NCBI GenBank assembly: GCA_012026655.1
Contig: JAAILG010001437.1
Location: forward strand, 1 to 64,000
Reading direction: 5' to 3'
From: Hydrolagus affinis
Taxonomy: Eukaryota
DNA length: 64,000 nucleotides
Shown here: one piece after another, positions 36,437-48,689 of the stretch
Layout of the letters: each line of letters begins with the position of its first letter
Numbering within the stretch: the first letter of the stretch is position 1
Translations under genes and position numbers: made by a program
Notes under the pieces: generated by a model
The model's database searches: none
Told to the model about the DNA's origin: nothing
The model's input: only the letters and a program-made list of their open reading frames with translations

Positions 36437-36608
36437 CAGTAAAATCTCGATAATCCAGCACAGTGGAGGCCCACTCGCCACCCGGATTTTGGAGTTTGCC
36501 GGTGTTTAGAAACCTATCCTAGAAATAGTTGGGAAGCGCCACCCTATACACTTGCCGGTTTAAGGGAATTGCCAGCTTTTGAAATGATGGATTATTGAGG
36601 TTTTATTG
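36437..36608. mobile_element. Tc1/mariner (pogo/Tigger-type) MITE, 172 bp
   Basis: Left TIR CAGTAAAATCTCGATAATCC preceded by TA; right end GGATTATTGAGGTTTTATTG (reverse complement CAATAAAACCTCAATAATCC, 17/20 match) followed by TTA. Confidence 0.8.
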
Positions 36609-37519
36609 TTACATTAAAGGGAGTGTTTCAGATTGTTAATCTTTGTCTTTATTTTTCCACCGACTTTATCTTCTCAAATCTTCTCTCCTCCTCCTCCTCT
36701 CCCTTCCCTCTCAAATCCATTTGACCTGTGTTTTCATCTTTCTGGGATGTGGAACTCATTCACATTCAGGCCTTGATTATGTCATTATTTACAGTCAGGA
36801 CCAGGGCTGTCCACTGGTATAGGCAAAGAGTTCTAGGGACTAAGAATTGGAAAATCTGAGTTAGCCGAGCAGAGGGGGCAAGCAGCGGGATGGAATAGGC
36901 GGACATGGAGACCTGCTAGAATGCAAAGGAAACGTCCAGTGAGGTAATTTTGTATCAATATGAAAACGTCATTTTTATTGTGGGATCTTTTGCCAATCTT
37001 TTGTGAAAGATTGGCAATGTAGAGGATGGAAGGGAGGCCTAAGGGAGGATATCATTTTCTTTGGGAGTATCCGGAAGTCTCTCCCCAGGTCCTGACAGCT
37101 TTCCTTTGCGGCATTAGCTTGGCTCTGCTCATGAAAGATTCCCATTAACATATTCCATTTTCCCATCACAGTCGGAAGGAGGAGGGATGACCCAATTCAT
37201 TACAATTATTTTTAGTCCTCAGTCTTAAAATTCACTTCTCCTCTGACGCACACACAAAGACCGGGCCACGCATCATTCTCCGTGTCTCCTTCAGTGAGCC
37301 GCTGACACCAGTGTCTGTCTCTTCCTCTTCCTTCCTGGCATTGGCACTCTTGTTGCTCTTCCGATGTCTATTTTAGAGTATCGTTCCCAGGCAGTTTTTG
37401 CATCCAAGGCAAGTGTTTGGCCACCATCCCTCCTCAACCGTTCAAGGTTATATATAAACCCCACAGGAAAACAGTGTAGTGACACAGTGTGTTAGAGAGG
37501 ACGCTTTCATGCATTATTG

Positions 37520-37935
37520 TGTCACCCTGGCTCTGTTGGTTGCACTCCTGTCATTGAGTCAAATTGGGAATTTGGAATTCATAGAGCTTAAGATGACACT
37601 CAAATTCAGTGCTGGGGGTGTGCTGGATTGTCAAAGGTAGTCTTCACATGAAATCTTAAATTGAGGTCTAGTTGACCAGCAGATTTGGTTGTTAATGATC
37701 CCACGGCGGTATTTGAAAAGAAAAGAGAGTTCACTCAGCACCCTGGCCAAACACAGTCCAAGAATAAAAATAAAAACCCCTCCATGGGGGTTTGTGGGAC
37801 GTTGCTATGCTCAAATGTTTGTGTTCACCCACAAAATGAACAGTCACTGCACTTAACAGTATATGCTGTGAAGTGATTTGCAATGTCTTGAAGGCTCTAT
37901 ATCAAATGCAAGGATTATTACTATTATTACTATTG
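37520..37935 (+). mobile_element. Deu-domain SINE
   Basis: Head tgtcaccctggctctgttgg, core and (TTA)n tail. Confidence 0.8.
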
Positions 37936-39299
37936 TTGACCCCATGTGTCCCCCTCCCCACCACTCCACTGCTGTAATATGCCCACAAATAGACAGTCAA
38001 TTAACTTTACAGTATATTCTGTGAGCGCTTTGAACACGTGAAAAGCACTAAATAAATGCAAGGATTATTATTATATATTACTATACCAAGTATCAGCCAA
38101 GTACCGTATTAAGTTCCGTCTGGTGTCTCGGAACACTCAATACTTGGCTGATATTTGGCTTTAAGAACATCTCGTGATGGTAATTATACATTCAGAATAA
38201 CTTTAAATTCATTTTGGCTCTTTAGCTATTATTTTCTGTGCCCTTGCCTACCACCCGTCACCCCCCACCAACACCACCCCACCCACCACCAACCCACGCC
38301 CTAAGTGAGTGTATGATTTTGTGTTTGGGGGGCGTGAGGGGAAATAAATAATAATAATAATAATGCTTGTGTTTGATATTGTGCCTTGTCATGTTGTTGA
38401 GATGTCTAAAGCACTCCACAGAATATACTGTAAAGCGAATGGACTATCATTTTGAGGGCTATGATCAGGGCTGCTATCTGGCCTGACTTGCGGAGGTGTA
38501 AGTGAGACCAGTAGCTTTCATCCCTTTGGACTTTTGCTGTTCAATGTTTGCCGGACGGACCCTGAATACTCCCCCCCACCCCTGCAACCCTCACAACTAC
38601 CACAACAGCCCAGCCCCAGACTGGAATTCCAAGCTTCATGTCACAACAGAACTGGTCGTCCTCCCGACATGAAAGGTGCTCTATAAATGTAATTTTGTTG
38701 CTGTTGTTGTACCCCTCACTGTGCACTTCACTGATGAGGCAGATTGTTCGTAGGTGGATGTCTTTCACCTGATGTGACCCTCTCCTCCCCTACTCCTCCC
38801 CTACTTCTTCCATTCCCTCCACTCCCACCGCCACCCCCCATTGTGGCTCTCTCCCTGAACCCGGCCGATCTTTATTGTTACTTTCAATTAGTTGTAAAGA
38901 ACAAAAGCTGCTTTAAAAATAAATTTCAACATGTATATTACTGCGCTAATATTAGTTACAGAACTGGGCTAGAGTTTGCAGTGTTTTATCCTTTGAAACC
39001 CCAGCTGTAATAGAACCTGACAGATGCAACCAATTAATAAAAGTGTCACAGTGTAGCAGAGCGCTGATGGAGGGAGCCTTGTGTGTGATCTCAAAGCTGG
39101 TACATTTAACTCCTCCACTGCTCCAGTGAAACATATCTCACCACTCATTTTGCCTCCTTGTGAATGCTATCCATTGTTTAAAAAAAAGGTTATTATTTGT
39201 GTCATGTCTGGACAGAGATTTGTACTATACGGATACAGTTTCACTAGGACAGGGGAGATGGGGTACGGGGCTTCTCATAGTAAAAAAGACACCGCTCTG

Positions 39300-39590
39300 T
39301 GCACTTGATTCAATGCCTTATCACATTGTTGAGATAGCTTAAATAACTTCCTAGCATTTGACTGTGTCGTGGTGTAGTAACTATGTGTTTTGCAAGATGA
39401 ACGCAGTGGCCAATTTCCCACAGTACAGCAGTGTCCCCACAAACAGCTGTGGACTGAATGGACAGTTTAATTGTCTGCCAGGACACCAGGGTAAACTCTC
39501 ATCCCTTTTTTGAGTTGGTGCCACAATATCTTAAATGCCTGCCTCAACTGACAGAAAGCACCTCGTCTTAACATCTCATCCAAACGATGG
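39300..39590 (-). mobile_element. Deu-domain SINE
   Basis: Reverse tail and gccaggacaccaggg...ttaacatctcatcc. Confidence 0.75.
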
Positions 39591-42500
39591 TATGTGAGAA
39601 CCTGCGTCACTCTCAGTGAACCACCCAGCTTCATGCGTGGCATTCACGCACCAGAGGAGCAGGTGGACAGGGCGGGAAGATTAAAAGGACAGAAATAAGC
39701 TTTCAAAAAACTGGAGTGAAAAGAAACGGTGAAATGTTTTGTTTACTCTGAAGCAGAGTTAGTTAGACACAAAGGTCAGATGTAAGTCGCAGACAGCAAC
39801 TACTAAGATTTCAATGGAAATGGGGCATTAGAAGCTACCTGAGAGGTTGGCCTCCCATAGGGTTTTGAAGGACAGTGAATGGTGTGATGCCAGGGCGGCA
39901 GGAGAGAGCAGGGAGGGAAACGGGTGGGGGAGGGAAGAACGGTGATTTAGGATGAAGTCTAGCATAAGCTGAAACATTTCCTGCATTGCTCGGAGGCTAT
40001 CTGATATTATTGTATAACAGGTGAATGTCATTTTTCACGGTCTAAAATAGGCAGTTGTCGCGGGGCTGATATAACCCTTCGTACTTGGTCGATTGCTCAT
40101 ACACAGAAGAAAGCCATGTAAAACATCGTCAGCAGCATCTGAGTAAACAATAATCAGATCCCAATATTCACCATGTAGGAGATTTTTTTTTATCATCTGC
40201 CTGATGAAATTACTATTCTGGCATGTCTTCAGAGTCTTCGGTCACAAGCGTGTTTCTGTTTCCTGAACTCTGCTTCACCCTGCTTATATTTAACACCCAC
40301 TTTGATATGCATGGTCAAGGTTAGAGGCATACCCCATGAAGTCCTTAATCCTGGGGACCCAGGCACTGGAGGGCATACACGATTAATGAGGTTGACTCTC
40401 TGGTTAAAAAAAAATGTGAACTACACTGAAAAACTGATTCAAAAAAAGAGGGATTTGGTATAAACTTACTACTGTATTACTATAATTATTTCTGCCTAGT
40501 GATCAATGGGATGGAATGCTGAACACTTGACTACAGTTATCACCAAGTGACTGGCGAGCCAGATCAGACAAGTGAATATGAATGGCGTCAAGTAGAGAAG
40601 GTAGGCAACACTTGTGTTCTTTTTTATACAGTAATGCTGGACTGCAGAGAGAGAATTCTGTGATCATTGGAGAGGATCATAAGAACATAAGAACATAAGA
40701 ATTAGGAGTGGATCTTATTATGAGTGATCTTATGAATGGATCTCATGTGGATCTTATTTTTCCAGAATACATTTTGTCGTTGCTTTCCTATTGTAACATC
40801 AAAGTATCAAAGCTGCTTCTTAAATGAGTCCAGGGTGGCCAACAAAATAAATATAGATGTAAGCCAGAAATCAAGAAATATTCTGTCAAGAAAAAAATTG
40901 GAAACAAAACATTGATATAAACAGGTTCGCCTAGACTAGTGCGAATGTTCGTCGGAACAAGTCTTGATGGCCCCTTGAGGCCGTGGGTTGGCCATTACTG
41001 AAGTAGAGACCATGAACTGCTAAATATCTGCAGTGTAACTCCAGGTCTTAGCAACTGTTTGGTAAATCTAGTCTGATCTGCGTAAAGGACTTCCTGGCAT
41101 CTGCCCTTACAAATCTTGATCCTTCTGCCTTTGTACATTACTGTAAAGAATATTACTGACTGTGTATTTGTAGGCATACAATAAATATAATACTAATCCT
41201 TGCATTTGATATAGCACTTTTCACATCTTTTAGATGTCACAAAGCGCTTCACCGAATATACTGTAAAGTGAATTGACTGTGTATTTGTGGGCAGCAACTT
41301 ATAAAAGAGCAAGTACATACATCTCATTGATCATTGGATGCGAACAAGAGCTTCCCTGGTGAATAAAACATGGTGAAGTGTTTGGGAAGCAAACTTAGAG
41401 CAAACTTGGCAGCTTGACAAAGTCTAGAATATCCGCTCTGATGCGCTGGTAACCAGTCAAGTCAGGACTTAACTTTCAACACATCAGCACTCGTGGGGAA
41501 GGCTTGGGCTTCACTTTTCATGTTGCGAGCACATCAATCTTTAACGTGTTAAAATAAAAATGGGTTGGCGGTGGCAGCAGACATGAAAGAGAGCCAACCT
41601 TGGCGGCGGATGAAAGTGAATTGGAAATGGCATGAACTGAAGCTTTGGCCTTCCTCTTCTCTGCATCTCATGCTGTCAGTATGTAACAAGGATTCATTTT
41701 CAAATGCAGAGCCTGGGTTCCAGGGATAAGTAACAGAAGAAGAGGCAAGCAACTCAGGGTATTACAGGCCTCTTAACGGGCTAGCCATACTAAGTACTGG
41801 CTAATTGTTGACCGACCATTATCATGTTCTTAATGGTGTATTTGCTGTGTAGTGCAGAGGGCACTTTAATTCTCAAAGGGGTTGCATATATTTGGAATTC
41901 ATTGCCACAAATGGCTATTGAAGCTGATTCAGTGCAATTAAACCGAAAGGGACCTAAATAAATAAATGCCTGGTTCGTGAAAACATTAGGGGACTAATGG
42001 CAGCACTGTATATGATAATGCACTTGATAGAGCACTGTAATGGATTTGATTTATCATGTCATCAAGACATCTTAACGCACTTGACAGAGTAAAACAAGAT
42101 ACTCAAGTGCCTTGAGATGTAGCTCTGCATGAAGGGTGCTATAGAAATGCAACTTGTTGTTGTAAAGTGTAGTTTCAGCGTTGTGATTCGCCACACAGCA
42201 TGAAAGGCACTTCAGAAATGCCAGTTGTTGGTGTTGTTTGGAGTAGTGGAGGATGGCGTGCATGAAAGGGGAAATGATGAAATCAGTGGCAGATTGTTGC
42301 CAGGGAGACTGCTAGAATTTGGATATTACTAAAGTCAAGCTTAAGCCAGTGTCAAAATCGCTCAAGGAGCAGCAGACTGAAGTGTGGAGATGGAATATTA
42401 GAACTCTCTTGAAAAAGCAGCACTATCTTTCTTATGGGGGGAGGTAAGTGGGGTCTCCTTGGAGATGAACTGGTTCCAATGTGACATGTTTGGCAATGGA

Positions 42501-43868
42501 ATGTAGGAATTGAGACAACGGTATTTCGGTTGCTGAACCAGGTGTGTTCGTAGTCCTCCAGGATTCCAGCCAAGCCTTGGCTCTTACCAATCTGCATCTA
42601 ATAATTTACGGAATTAGGTAGGCAGAATGCATCACTCCATGAAGAGAATATGCAATCCATTCCAACAATCTATTCTTGAAATTTCTATGTGTAGATATTG
42701 CATGGAATTTTCAGTTTGGTTTGGACACTCTTAAGCATGGTGATAGGATTCCTTGGATTCGTGGAGAAAAACAAGCGAGAATTAAAGTGTGTGAATGGAA
42801 TGAATATAGTCAGCAGTTTACAGAGCTGAGATGCACTGTGGCACCCATCATCTTGTGAGCAAGAATCAGCAAGTGGTGGGCGTGATGGCAACAAAGCAAT
42901 GGTCTAGAAAGTGAACACTACTCAGAAAATGTCAATCAAAGTGAAAGCAACGAACTTCATCAAACATCGCTTTGAAAAGTTGAGGCAAAAGAAAATAATT
43001 CTTGTATTTGATATCACTCCTTCACCTCAGAGGGCTTCACTTAAATTGAAGCAGTGGGGAAGGTGGCCCTGGGGTTGTGTCAATTGGGAAGCAAGTCAAT
43101 GGCTTTCAGCACACAGAAGGCACTTGCTTTTTGGTTCATGGCCAATGTAGATGGAGAGAGAGCAACGGGAACTGAAGAACTGTGAGCAAAGTGTAATGAA
43201 TCCAGTTATTTACCCAGAATCAAATGGTGGCAAAACCTTGTGCAGTGAGAAAGGCACTGTTTAGTGTGGCGAGGAGTCCAATACTGAACTGGAAAGACCA
43301 GCATGTGAACTATGACAGCAGAGCGTCCGAGCCTCGGGAAGAGTCAGGGGTTTGCCCAATGTTGAAGTTAGACTGTGAAGTAATTTTTAAGATAGCAGAC
43401 TTGAAGAGACAGTGAAAATAGCTAATTGAGGCAGAGAAAGTGAAAGAGAGAGAGAGATCTGAACACCACTGCTGTTCCTCATGTTAATTATCCCCGAGCA
43501 AAGTGTTAACAGCCTTCAGCTGCTAACGCCTCTACACTTCCTTCTGCCGCTGCCTCAATTTACCAAAACATTCTTAGAATCGCTATTAGATTGCTGCTTT
43601 CATAGCTCTTTTCCCGGCATCTCCAGAGGATGGCTTATACTGGAGCTGTGGGGACCAGCCTAACCAACAGCATTGGATCTGATGCCATGACCTCTACCAA
43701 TGTGATAGATGCTGGCCTCATTTTCACTGATGTGTGCTCAGCGAGTTTTGCTATTCTTGATCGTGTCTTTTCAAGTGGCATCAAGAAGATGGAGCTCTTT
43801 GGTCACCAAGCTAAGTGTTGGCCAACTTGTGATTAACATGGGGCAACCTTCAGCTTGTGACATTGCCC

Positions 43869-43926
43869 CACCCCTCACTGTACACAGTGCACCCCCTCAC
43901 TGTACACAGTGCACCCCCTCATTGTA
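43869..43926. repeat. 22-bp minisatellite (CACCCCCTCACTGTACACAGTG) running into the gap
   Basis: About 2.6 units visible before the N-run. Confidence 0.85.
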
Positions 43927-44026
43927 NNNNNNNNNNNNNNNNNNNNNNNNNNNNNNNNNNNNNNNNNNNNNNNNNNNNNNNNNNNNNNNNNNNNNNNNNN
44001 NNNNNNNNNNNNNNNNNNNNNNNNNN
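43927..44026. other. Assembly gap (100 N)
   Basis: N-run. Confidence 0.99.
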
Positions 44027-44504
44027 ATAATTGAGATGTCTCAAAGCGCCTCAAAGGACATACTGTAAAATGAATTGACTGTGTGTTTTGCGGCAAAACA
44101 CGGCAGCGAATTGAGCATAGTAATGTCCCACTGTACACTTTGAACCTATTCCCCGTTGTCTCTGCTCTGCTTATTGCTGTGAATAGCTGATTGAGAGCTG
44201 GAGTGAGGCTTTCCCATCTTCATACTGAAGATCAAAAAGCTGTGGTGGGGAATTGGGCAATTGGCTAAGTAGAAATGTCCTGTGAGTGATCTGTTGTTAG
44301 CAGCTTTTTGAACTGTAGCAAAGTCAAAGCCTTTTTCCCTAAAATGTTTTCTCTTTAAAAGAGACTCGGATCCCAATTACAAGACATCACTGTATAGTGT
44401 TTCCATTGTTACAGAGATTATGTTTATAGTTGGCCTATTAAACCCTGTTTGAGCGGGTATCAGAGAGCTCTTACAGGGAGCAGTCTGTCTGCTCGCCCAC
44501 TGGC

Positions 44505-44635
44505 AGGTTAGAGAAAATTGAGAGACACTTTCTTACGCTGAGGTTTGGTAGATCATGGAATATATTGCCTCAAGCAATAAATGAGATTGAGAGCATAACA
44601 TTATTTAAAGGGAAAATGGGTAAATATGTGTGAAG
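44505..44635 (+). mobile_element. CR1 3' fragment
   Basis: gagacactttcttacgctgaggtttggtagatcatggaatatattgcctcaag resembles the CR1 FF.QRVV..WN.LP terminus. Confidence 0.6.
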
Positions 44636-44659
44636 TGCATCAGGCGTCAATACATAGAA

Positions 44660-44735
44660 AGTTTTGAGGGTGTTCTACAATGCTGCATTAAATACAATGA
44701 TTATTATATCAGAGGCTAATTATTAGCATGGACAT
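44660..44735 (+). repeat. Left arm of a near-perfect inverted repeat (partner 46170-46231)
   Basis: 44660-44712 equals the reverse complement of 46179-46231 at 52/53; the match resumes after a 14-bp insert. Confidence 0.95.
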
Positions 44736-44736
44736 T

Positions 44737-44782
44737 GTTTTTGTTTCAGATTTCCAGCATCTGCAATATTTTGTGTTTTGTC
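44737..44782 (+). mobile_element. Short Penelope-like terminal motif common in shark genomes
   Basis: tttgtttcagatttccagcatctgcaatattttg; recognised from memory only. Confidence 0.35.
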
Positions 44783-44915
44783 AATATATAGTTGTCTTTT
44801 TTAATGTGCTTCGAACTTGTGCTAAACCTAGCCTGGGAGTATTATACTGATGCTGTACAAAATACTGGACAACAATGCTCTATAGACAATCAGTCATTTT
44901 CTTCATAGCTTCATT

Positions 44916-45218
44916 GTGGAGTCCTGTATCTCAGTGGTTATAGCACTCGCATCTCAAGCAAGAGACTTGGGTTCGATTCCAGGCAGGGCAAAACCTTGCT
45001 CTAGTTTCCTTACTCCACACACCTGATAATAATTCCTCCAAAAAAAATAATCAATTGGTCATTTCAATCCATGACTGTTTGTGGGATACTGCTGTACGCT
45101 ATTGGCTGCCGCGTTTTGCCCACAAGTATACAGTCAATTCACTTTACAGTATAGTATGTGAAGCGCTTTAAGACGTCTAGAAGATGTGCTATATTAAATG
45201 CAAGGATTATTATTACTA
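44916..45218 (+). mobile_element. CORE-type tRNA SINE
   Basis: gtggagtcctgtatctcagtggttatagc A box, gggttcgattcc B box, CORE-like block and (TTA)n tail. Confidence 0.9.
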
Positions 45219-45654
45219 TAGCTGGGATGTTGTGTGAAAATCGGCTGCTGCATTTGTCTACAAAATATGTGGTCTCTATGATATACAGTATATTCGGGTA
45301 AGCAATGTGAGACATCCTCCCATCATGAAAAGCGCGATTTCAAATGCAAGGACTGTTAAATTGGATGAGCACAAAAAAACGACCTCACCACAAAAAACAT
45401 AACATTTCATTTAAATTAAGCAACATGTTCTGGTTAAACCATCCAAGCTGTTTCCTAAGCCCATCTCAGTGTGTGGCCTCCATAATCCCTTCCTGGTCCT
45501 GCTATTGATTTAACCCTGCCTCGCAATTGATTTCCCCCTCTGTTTACAGAAATGCATTCAGCCTAACTCCTGAACCTGGGCCCTCTTGGTTCATCTGGTG
45601 TGAAATTGATTGGGGTTTACCTTGTCTATGCTAATACGGTAGTAAGCATTTGAT

Positions 45655-46060
45655 ATAATAATCGTTGCATTTGCTATGGCGCTTGTAAAAATGTCTGAAC
45701 GCGCTTCACAGGATTTACTGAAGTTTTGTGACTGTACATTTTATAGCCAAAGGCGGCAGTCAATTTGCACACAGAATTGTCCCACAGCCATGATGTGAAT
45801 GACAACATTTATCTGGGGATTATTGGCCAGGATAACAGTGGAAACTCTCTTTTTGAATAGTGCCATGAATCATAAGTCCACCTGAACAGGCAAATGGGAC
45901 ATTGGTTCATCCAAAGGATTATGTCTCTGACAATACAGTGCCGTACCCCAGAACTGCATTGGGGTGCCAGTGTACACTGTGTGTCCCAACATGGGGCTTG
46001 AACCCACAACTTTCTGACTCAGAGGAGAGAGCATTACCACCTGAGCCAGTCTGACACCAT
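45655..46060 (-). mobile_element. Deu-domain SINE, near full length
   Basis: Reverse tail through reverse head ...cctgagccagtctgacac. Confidence 0.85.
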
Positions 46061-46169
46061 TTCTCCACTGTGCCCCAGCCACTTGGGTTAGCAATGTCAC
46101 ACTGTTTTGTAGTGGTAGTTATGCCATGAGTTTTTGTTGAGATTTGTGGTTCTTGTTTACTCGTTTGTT

Positions 46170-46231
46170 ATGTCCATGCTGATATAATAATCCTTGTATT
46201 TAATGCAGCATTGTAGAACACCCTCAAAACT
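46170..46231 (-). repeat. Right arm of the near-perfect inverted repeat
   Basis: Reverse complement of 44660-44735 without the 14-bp insert. Confidence 0.95.
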
Positions 46232-46796
46232 CTTCAGAGGATTCAAGATCCTGGTCCTCACATTTAAGGCCTCCACAACCTTTGCCCCACCCTACATCCA
46301 TGACCACCCGGCCCACCCCGTCTGCTATTAAGTGAGTGACCAATATTAACTGGGAGCTTGTTGGTCAGTGACTCTGGGAGAGAGAAACTCCCTCATCTTT
46401 TCTAATAGGTTCTGATATATTGCTGAGCACAAAGTACACAAATACTTGAGGAAAATTTGTGGGGCGTGAAATTCTTCAGAACAGAAGAATTCTCAAAGGT
46501 TAGAATGAGATCTGGGAATGTAATTATATAACATGGGGCTTCATCTCAACAAAGAAGGTGAGACCATTGGTTGAGATGAAAGTTCTTCACTGAATCATGT
46601 CAATATTACTGTATATTTACATCAAAGCGCTAGTGAATCTTTAACCTGGTTGATGAATGCCAAATACATGGAGCTGACCTCACTTAGCTACTGATGAGAT
46701 TCTTTTTGTCAATCATTACTCCAGTCCTGCTTGAGGCATGATCTCCAGCCCATACTTCCTTCTGAAAGTCATGGGCTGAATCATATGCCTATTAAA

Positions 46797-47187
46797 ATAA
46801 TAATAATGTTTGTATTTGTTATAGCGCCTTATCATGTCCTTGAGACATTTCAAAACGCTTCACAGAAAATACAGAACATTGTGGACGAAATGCACCAGCC
46901 AATTGTGCACAGCAGTATCCTACAAACAGTCATGGATTGTTACGATCAAATTATTTTTAAAAATGTATTTCTTTGTTTTGAAAAGTGATCCACCAATCGA
47001 CTAACAACTGGGTTCCTACTTACTGCTAGGTAAACAGAGATGTGTGGGATTTGGAAGCTTAACCAATGTTTGGGACGTCCTCCCGATGTGAAAGGTGCTC
47101 TATAAATGTAATTTGGTTGTTGTTTTGGCCTGACTGGATCTCTAGCTTGCGAGGTGAGTGCTCTAAGCACTGAGCTACAGGACTCCA
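46797..47187 (-). mobile_element. CORE-type SINE with nested L2 tail (+, ~47070-47125)
   Basis: Reverse SINE split by gggacgtcctcccgatgtgaaaggtgctctataaatgtaatttggttgttg. Confidence 0.85.
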
Positions 47188-47222
47188 CCACATTGTCAGG
47201 TTATAAAATACCCTTTTAGCTG

Positions 47223-47545
47223 GTGTCAGCCTGGCTCAGTTGGGAGCACTCTTGCCTTTGAGTCAGAAGGTTGTGGGTTCAAACTCCATGACAGGACTTT
47301 GAAATCAAACAATCTCGGCTGACACTCCAATATATTGCACAACATTGTCGAAGATTCCGTACCTCAGATCAGACACTATCTGAGCTCTTGTCTATCTGTT
47401 CAGGTTGATGGTAAACATCACCCAGCGCTTTTATGAAAAACAGGAGTGAGGTCCTGGCTAATCAGTCCTCCAGTTTAATGAGTTGTTCACTTCAGGACTG
47501 TTTGCAGGACATTGCCATGTGCAAATTGGCTGCTGTGTTTCAACA
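47223..47545 (+). mobile_element. Deu-domain SINE
   Basis: gtgtcagcctggctcagttgggagcactcttgcctttgagtcagaaggttgtgggttcaaa tRNA-like head plus core. Confidence 0.85.
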
Positions 47546-48384
47546 AGTATAACAAAATTACACTTGTAAAGCCTTTCACGTCAGGAGGACGAGGACGTCC
47601 CAAGGCGCTGTTTCGTCTAACTTATGTGCGGTCACTATACTTGACAGCAATTACCTGTGATGCATATTGAGATAATGCAATGTTACAGGCCTGGCTATGA
47701 TGTTGATTCCCCAGGGTACTAGCCAGAGCCATTGTTCTGTAATTTCTGAAGGAGTTAGGAGCACATTCTGCTGGATGCAGTGACAGGAACATAAGGCTCT
47801 GGTAATTGCTCTGAATTTGTGGCTCCCATATGAAGTGTGCTTATCTTTGCAACCAATTTTTTTTCTATATAATGAATATGTCAAGCGACTGAAGCTGTGA
47901 TGACAGGTAACAATGTTCAAAGGTGTTGGATGTGCTGGGTGCAATCTCATTCCTGCAGCTTCTGTCTGCTGGTTAATGAGGTTTTCGCTTCACTGTCTTC
48001 CCAATCAGTCCATTCTCTCCAGAGCAAGCTCTGGCTCCATTCTGCGGCATCTAGCCATGTGTCCAAGTCAGAAAGTGAGACCCTGCAATATTATTGCACT
48101 TTATCACAAAGAAATATCTCGGCAGAAGGATGGCAACTCTGACAATGTGAAAGAGCATCAGCCTATACTGTGAGCACAAAGCTCCCAAGACAGGGCTGGA
48201 ACCCCAACCCTCTGATACAGAGGCAAGACTGAGGGCAACAGAGCAGAGCTGACACAGGGGAGTACAGGTGGACAGAGCCTGAGGGAGTGATAGGAAATTG
48301 CAGGAGAAAATATAAAACAAGGAAATAAATTTGGGTTGTCAGACACAATGACACAGACTTCACTTCACCCACTCATCCCAAGTA

Positions 48385-48673
48385 TAGAATATATTGTAAA
48401 GTGGATTCATTGTTTTGTGGGTGTAATTTGGCAGCCAATTGTGCACAGCACTGTCCCACAAACCGTCGTGGATTCAGTGACCACATATATTTTTGAGAGA
48501 GATTATTACCTCAGGAAAGTGATTCATCAATCAACTATCAACTGGGTTCCTACTTGCTGCTAGGTAAGCAGAGGCATGTGGAGTAAGGAAACTTGCCTAG
48601 AGTTTTGCCCCACCTGGGAATAGAACCCGGGTTCTCTCACTTGTGAGGTGAGAGCAATGTGCTACAGGACTCC
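48385..48673 (-). mobile_element. CORE-type tRNA SINE
   Basis: Reverse CORE-like block gcagaggcatgtggagtaaggaaacttgcc and head gctacaggactcc. Confidence 0.85.
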
Positions 48674-48689
48674 CAAAGCAGTTGTTCCC

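Noticed and set aside
42180-43400. Possible very old minus-strand L2 internal fragments
   Set aside because: Composition is suggestive, but I could not recover convincing ORF2 motifs, so it is left unannotated.
43424-43560. 11-bp inverted repeat AATTGAGGCAG / CTGCCTCAATT
   Set aside because: With a ~115-bp spacer, a couple of such matches are expected by chance in 64 kb.
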